DNA of 64,000 bases. Origin: a virus. The stretch covers positions 13,789 to 77,788 of IMG/VR virus record IMGVR_UViG_3300025276_000027; one strand, 5' to 3'. Below, piece after piece: positions 60,405 through 64,000 of this stretch (position 1 is the stretch's first letter; each line of letters starts with the position of its first letter). The notes beneath the pieces are model-generated. The model saw only the letters and a list, made by a program, of their open reading frames with translations, searched no databases and was not told where the DNA came from. The translations under genes and the position numbers were made by a program.

Positions 60405-60759
60405 TATGCTTTTCTTTAAATAATTTTTTATTTAAAATATCTTTTTCCATTTGCATTAAAGCAGATTCCATTTGAGTAACATTTTTATTTATTTCTTGAC
60501 TTTTAGCAAAACCTACATATGTTCTTTTGGCTAAATTACCCAATATGCTTTTATTTTTTTTTATTGCCTTTTCAAGTTTATTTTTTCTTAAATAAAATGT
60601 TCCCAATCCATCTACTTGTATTCTTGGAAAATCTATATCAGATAACTTTCTTCTTAACTTACTATAATAAAAAGTTATAAATTCATCTACCACTGAATGA
60701 TGTACACCTACTTCATCAGCTATTCCATTTTTAAGTTCTTTATGACTCTTGGGATTCAT
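60388..60759 (-). CDS. HU/IHF-like DNA-binding protein (123 aa)
   Basis: KELKNGIADEVGV...V...I...RIQVDGLGTFYLR, the HU signature. Confidence 0.7.
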   Translation of the reverse strand: MNPKSHKELKNGIADEVGVHHSVVDEFITFYYSKLRRKLSDIDFPRIQVDGLGTFYLRKNKLEKAIKKNKSILGNLAKRTYVGFAKSQEINKNVTQMESALMQMEKDILNKKLFKEKHNENMD

Positions 60760-61111
60760 TACCTAATATTTTATAATCAAGTAAAACTAAACCACTTGTT
60801 TGTACATTAATTACTTTTTTTAATGATATTGTTTTTTTATTATTTCCTTTTTTGTCTACCAAGTTTTTTCTCTCTGCTTTAGTTATTGCATTTCTTGCAG
60901 ATTGAGGGCTTTTAAATATTTTATCCTCAACCATTTTTAAACAAAATTTTGTTAATTCAATATTGTCATTTTTAGATAACTCTGTTAAAAATTTCATATC
61001 TGAATTACTAATAAGTATATCATTAAAAAAACAATAAGTCATTATTTGATATTGTATTGTTTTATCAATATCCACTTTCATTTTTAAATCTACTTTATTT
61101 ACTAGTGCCAT
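60740..61111 (-). CDS. Putative winged-helix DNA-binding protein (123 aa)
   Basis: KSPQSARNAITKAERKNLV.K.G helix plus wing pattern. Confidence 0.45.
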   Translation of the reverse strand: MALVNKVDLKMKVDIDKTIQYQIMTYCFFNDILISNSDMKFLTELSKNDNIELTKFCLKMVEDKIFKSPQSARNAITKAERKNLVDKKGNNKKTISLKKVINVQTSGLVLLDYKILGNESQES

Positions 61112-61112
61112 A

Positions 61113-62033
61113 TTATAAACTTAATATCATATCTACTAAATCAGGATGAGGATAACAATCTGATTTATCTTTCCTAACGTTTGTATGTGTTAATAATCCT
61201 TTTACTTTACCTAAATGTGCATCAAGATTAAATCCAAATCCTTTGATAGGTCCATGTTTTTGTATAAGTTGTTTTAAACCTAACCTAATATCAATTTGAT
61301 CTCTTTCTCCTACATATTTTATCCATTTTTCAGTTGCTTTAATTTGAGCATCTGAATAACTATGCCATTTATTATATCCATTAAATGATTCTTCTAATGT
61401 AATCACTTGATTTTCTTGACACAATGAATTAACATATGTTTTGTTGCTATGAGTTAGATATCCCATAGAACAAATTTCTAAACCTACTGAATGACGGTTC
61501 ATATAACCTGAACCAGTTTTTCCTAAGTGCCATCCTTGTGCACCTGTTGGAAAAGCTTGAACCATTGTACCATCATGCTCATTGTTTCCATTCCTATGGT
61601 CAATCCCCCCTAATACAAATTCAGTAGCTATACGCCCACGTGAATCTCTACCCCACATATCTACACAAGCATATGGATTAGCATGTCCTGCTGTATGGTG
61701 TAAAATTACATATTCATTACTAATTGGACCTTCAAGATATTCTCCTTTTGGTAAAAAATGTTTATGTATTATTTGTTCATAATTTGTTTTGTAGTATTGA
61801 CCTTGTAAGTCTGTATCTTCATCAATTTCTAATGATTTTGTTTCTTGTAAGTTCATTAACAAAACCCACATATCATTATCAACTAATCCTGTAACTTGTA
61901 AATTATGTGTGAGTTGAAATCTCTTTACATATTTTTCAGTATTAGGGCCAAAAATTCCATCAGATTTTAACCCTAATTTATTTTGAAGTGTTGCTACATC
62001 ATTACCTGTAGATCCTTTCTTTAAAAGTCTCAT
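61113..62033 (-). CDS. Endolysin: peptidoglycan-binding domain + N-acetylmuramoyl-L-alanine amidase (Amidase_2)
   Basis: LKKGSTGNDV..LQ...DGIFGPNT...FQ...GL binding domain. LHHTAG, WHLG, SVGLEI, THTNV..KSDC Zn-amidase motifs. Confidence 0.88.
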   Translation of the reverse strand: MRLLKKGSTGNDVATLQNKLGLKSDGIFGPNTEKYVKRFQLTHNLQVTGLVDNDMWVLLMNLQETKSLEIDEDTDLQGQYYKTNYEQIIHKHFLPKGEYLEGPISNEYVILHHTAGHANPYACVDMWGRDSRGRIATEFVLGGIDHRNGNNEHDGTMVQAFPTGAQGWHLGKTGSGYMNRHSVGLEICSMGYLTHSNKTYVNSLCQENQVITLEESFNGYNKWHSYSDAQIKATEKWIKYVGERDQIDIRLGLKQLIQKHGPIKGFGFNLDAHLGKVKGLLTHTNVRKDKSDCYPHPDLVDMILSL

Positions 62034-62333
62034 TTATTCAGGGTTCATAGCATTTTTCATAGCAGCTTTAAATTCATCTGCTTCAGGAGTTGATGGTTCT
62101 CCTCCTTCTTTTTGTGCAGCATATTGCTGTGCCATAAACATTTGAGCTTGCATTCTTTCTGCTCTTGCCTTTTCAATAGCTGCAAGAAGCGTTTCATAAT
62201 CAGCTTGTACTTCTAAGTGTGGAATATTATCTTTATAGAAAGATGTAATTTCATCCCTACGTGCAGCAAGTTCTTCTTTACTAAGTTTAGGATCTTTTTC
62301 AGATAATTCTGGGTTGGTTTTTGCGTTTGCCAT
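62034..62333 (-). CDS. Hypothetical helical protein (99 aa)
   Basis: ORF with an A-rich leader and upstream TATATTTG box. Abuts the endolysin start. Confidence 0.6.
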   Translation of the reverse strand: MANAKTNPELSEKDPKLSKEELAARRDEITSFYKDNIPHLEVQADYETLLAAIEKARAERMQAQMFMAQQYAAQKEGGEPSTPEADEFKAAMKNAMNPE

Positions 62334-62358
62334 TTTTATATATTTAGATTAATAATGT

Positions 62359-62366
62359 CAAATATA
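62359..62366 (-). promoter_or_regulatory. Bacteroidota sigma-A-type -7 box TATATTTG
   Basis: Matches TAnnTTTG, upstream of the 99-aa/endolysin/packaging block. Confidence 0.45.
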
Positions 62367-62394
62367 TAAAAAATGTTTAAATTAAAAAAGTTTA

Positions 62395-62649
62395 TTAAAG
62401 TTTATTACGTTCTAACAATGTAATTAGATCCTTTACATCTGATATATTAGTAAATTGTATATTTCCTTCCAATATCTCAACAATCCAAGATTCTTCTTGT
62501 AGATTATCATGGCTATTAGATATTAATTCTATTTTTCCTACTTTATATGCATAAAAATAAAAAGCAGTATCACCTGATGTCTTTTCAGATACATACACTT
62601 TTTTAAATCCTAATTTTTTTATACTTGACTCTGTCATGATTTCTACCAT
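62395..62649 (-). CDS. Hypothetical protein (about 80-84 aa)
   Basis: MTE...KLGF...FYFY pattern. The real start may be the internal Met (MTESSI). Confidence 0.55.
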   Translation of the reverse strand: MVEIMTESSIKKLGFKKVYVSEKTSGDTAFYFYAYKVGKIELISNSHDNLQEESWIVEILEGNIQFTNISDVKDLITLLERNKL

Positions 62650-62933
62650 TTAACTCTGTCTGCCCAATAAGCAGCTGACATTTTACCTTTCTTTATATTT
62701 TTACCATGCCTGGCTTTAAAAGATTTACGTTTTGCTTTCATTTTAGCTGACTCACCTGCTTTAGGTTTACCAGCTGTACTTGCACCTTGTTCTCCAAAGC
62801 GTATTGTTTTAACTTTATCCCCTTGCTTAGCAACTACAACATGTGACTTCTTTGGATGTGATGGGGTACGTTTAGGTTTATTAAATCCAGCTACCCCAGC
62901 TCTTGCCAATCTTGAATCTTTTTTCTTTGCCAT
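62643..62933 (-). CDS. Small very basic protein (96 aa), DUF5754-like
   Basis: KPKRTPSHPKKSHVV...KTIRFG.QG...RKSFKARH...SAAYWA...W. Rich in K and R. Confidence 0.65.
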   Translation of the reverse strand: MAKKKDSRLARAGVAGFNKPKRTPSHPKKSHVVVAKQGDKVKTIRFGEQGASTAGKPKAGESAKMKAKRKSFKARHGKNIKKGKMSAAYWADRVKW

Positions 62934-62936
62934 GAC

Positions 62937-63179
62937 TTATCTTTTCTTTCCTTTATGTAAACCATGACTAGCATGTTGTTTACCTTTTTTAGTAGCAGCA
63001 CGCTTTTTTTTATTTGCTGCAGCTAATTTAGCCTTACCTTTTTTGGTACTCTTTAATTTAGCAATAGTTTTCTTAGGTGCATAAACCTCACCTGTATCAG
63101 AACTTTTTTTGCCAGATGCAGTAGTCCATTTCTGTTTAGTCCACCTGGTAAGACTTTTTTGCTGCTTAGTCTTAGCCAT
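62937..63179 (-). CDS. Small very basic protein (80 aa), C-terminal half of DUF5872-like family
   Basis: QKSLTRWTKQKWTT.SGK.S..TGE.Y.PKK...KKGKQ. Confidence 0.65.
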   Translation of the reverse strand: MAKTKQQKSLTRWTKQKWTTASGKKSSDTGEVYAPKKTIAKLKSTKKGKAKLAAANKKKRAATKKGKQHASHGLHKGKKR

Positions 63180-63370
63180 TACTTTTTATTTTTCTTCATA
63201 TTTGTGGATGTTAACTTCTTTAGTGCTGTATCAGATAAATCCTTTAAATGAACTAATGGTTTACTAGTTTTTGTATGTGTCTTACCAGTATGTAATTTAC
63301 CATTAGACATTTTGTGACTAGCACCTTTCCATTCTGTTCCATTTTTTAAATAGTGTCTTACTCCTTTCAT
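63179..63370 (-). CDS. Small basic His-rich protein (63 aa)
   Basis: HY.K.G..W.G..HKM.NG.LH.GKTH. Translationally coupled on both sides (TAATG overlaps). Confidence 0.6.
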   Translation of the reverse strand: MKGVRHYLKNGTEWKGASHKMSNGKLHTGKTHTKTSKPLVHLKDLSDTALKKLTSTNMKKNKK

Positions 63371-63561
63371 TATTTCTTAGTTTTATAACCTCCACCGTTA
63401 GCTTTGTAACGTTTTGCTAGCATTTGAGCTTTACGTGCAGACCATTGTCCAGCACCTCCACCCTTGCTTCCGGCTTTAATTGAATTAAATAATCTTTTAC
63501 GCATTCCCGGTTTTGTGTAGTTTCCACTACTATTTACCGTACTTTTTTTCTTTGTTGCCAT
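63370..63561 (-). CDS. Small very basic protein (63 aa), N-terminal half of DUF5872-like family
   Basis: NYTKPGMRKRLF..IKAG.KGG..GQWSARKAQMLAKRYK..GGGY. Confidence 0.7.
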   Translation of the reverse strand: MATKKKSTVNSSGNYTKPGMRKRLFNSIKAGSKGGGAGQWSARKAQMLAKRYKANGGGYKTKK

Positions 63562-63564
63562 ATA

Positions 63565-63999
63565 TTATGAGTCAGCTACTTGAGATGATGAAAGAACTAT
63601 CCAATTAGTACCATCAGACCAAATTGTCACTGATGCATATACTTTCTCTAATACAAAATTAGCTCCACCATTAATTGTTTCTGATCCTTGTGCATCAAGT
63701 GTAAGTGGTTTTGCTGCTGTAGTTGTACCATCAGTAACAATAGTTATTTTTCTGTATTGCCAGTTCTCTGTTCCAGCTGCCGGAGGTAACTGAAGTGTTC
63801 CTGCTCCATCTGCTCCTGTTCTAGCAACAAGAAATAATTGACCTGGTGAGTTAGTATTTATTACTGTAGTAGCACCAGTTGCAACACTTAAAGCAGTAGA
63901 GTTTACAAATTCTTTGGTATCCTTACGGTCCATGTCTGCTGTAATAGCAGTACCTCCTACTCTAGTTAGAGTTAGTAAATCAGTGGCTCCATCATATGA
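63565..63999 (-). CDS. Fibre/decoration protein, C-terminal part (5' end outside the window)
   Basis: The frame stays open upstream of the track start (SYDGATDLLTLTRVGGTAITAD-MDRK...). TLQLP.A...ETING...Y.SVTIWSDGTNW domain typical of phage fibres. Confidence 0.6.
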   Translation of the reverse strand, partial: SYDGATDLLTLTRVGGTAITADMDRKDTKEFVNSTALSVATGATTVINTNSPGQLFLVARTGADGAGTLQLPPAAGTENWQYRKITIVTDGTTTAAKPLTLDAQGSETINGGANFVLEKVYASVTIWSDGTNWIVLSSSQVADS

Positions 64000-64000
64000 T

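Noticed and set aside
60740-62649. Holin/spanin genes next to the endolysin
   Set aside because: Neighbouring ORFs lack transmembrane or lipoprotein signals. Lysis partners are presumably outside the window.
1-64000. tRNA, rRNA or CRISPR arrays
   Set aside because: Intergenic gaps are all under about 150 nt and show no cloverleaf or spaced direct repeats.

Overview
The window is an AT-rich (roughly 30% GC by eye) segment of a crAss-like (Crassvirales-related) tailed phage, probably environmental and infecting a Bacteroidota host. Host evidence is A-rich leaders without Shine-Dalgarno motifs and TAnnTTTG boxes. Every credible gene is on the minus strand. In transcription order (right to left) the window carries: a fibre fragment, four small basic proteins, an amidase endolysin, an HU-like gene, a PD-(D/E)XK nuclease, GroES, terminase, portal, scaffold, major capsid protein, accessory capsid and ring proteins, two long fibres, Cys-rich FN3/vWA proteins, a metallophosphoesterase, a second HU/IHF-like gene, tail ring proteins, a 2117-aa tail stabilisation (muzzle-like) protein with an inserted vWA domain, and four large head-cargo proteins. 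It ends in a giant ORF of at least 3815 codons (11446 to the left edge) that the ORF track missed; this ORF fuses an ejection-protein-like N-terminus, a zincin HEAFH motif and virion RNA polymerase motifs. The most striking unexplained pattern is in three cargo proteins, which are chains of short modules separated by about 16 xxxGG motifs (half of them QxGG). These resemble processing or packaging signals of viral core polyproteins. A repeated TTTGTATATTA promoter-like motif precedes at least seven structural gene blocks. The genetic code appears standard. I saw no tRNA, CRISPR array, intron, intein or reverse transcriptase. Family assignments come from motif recognition, not database searches.
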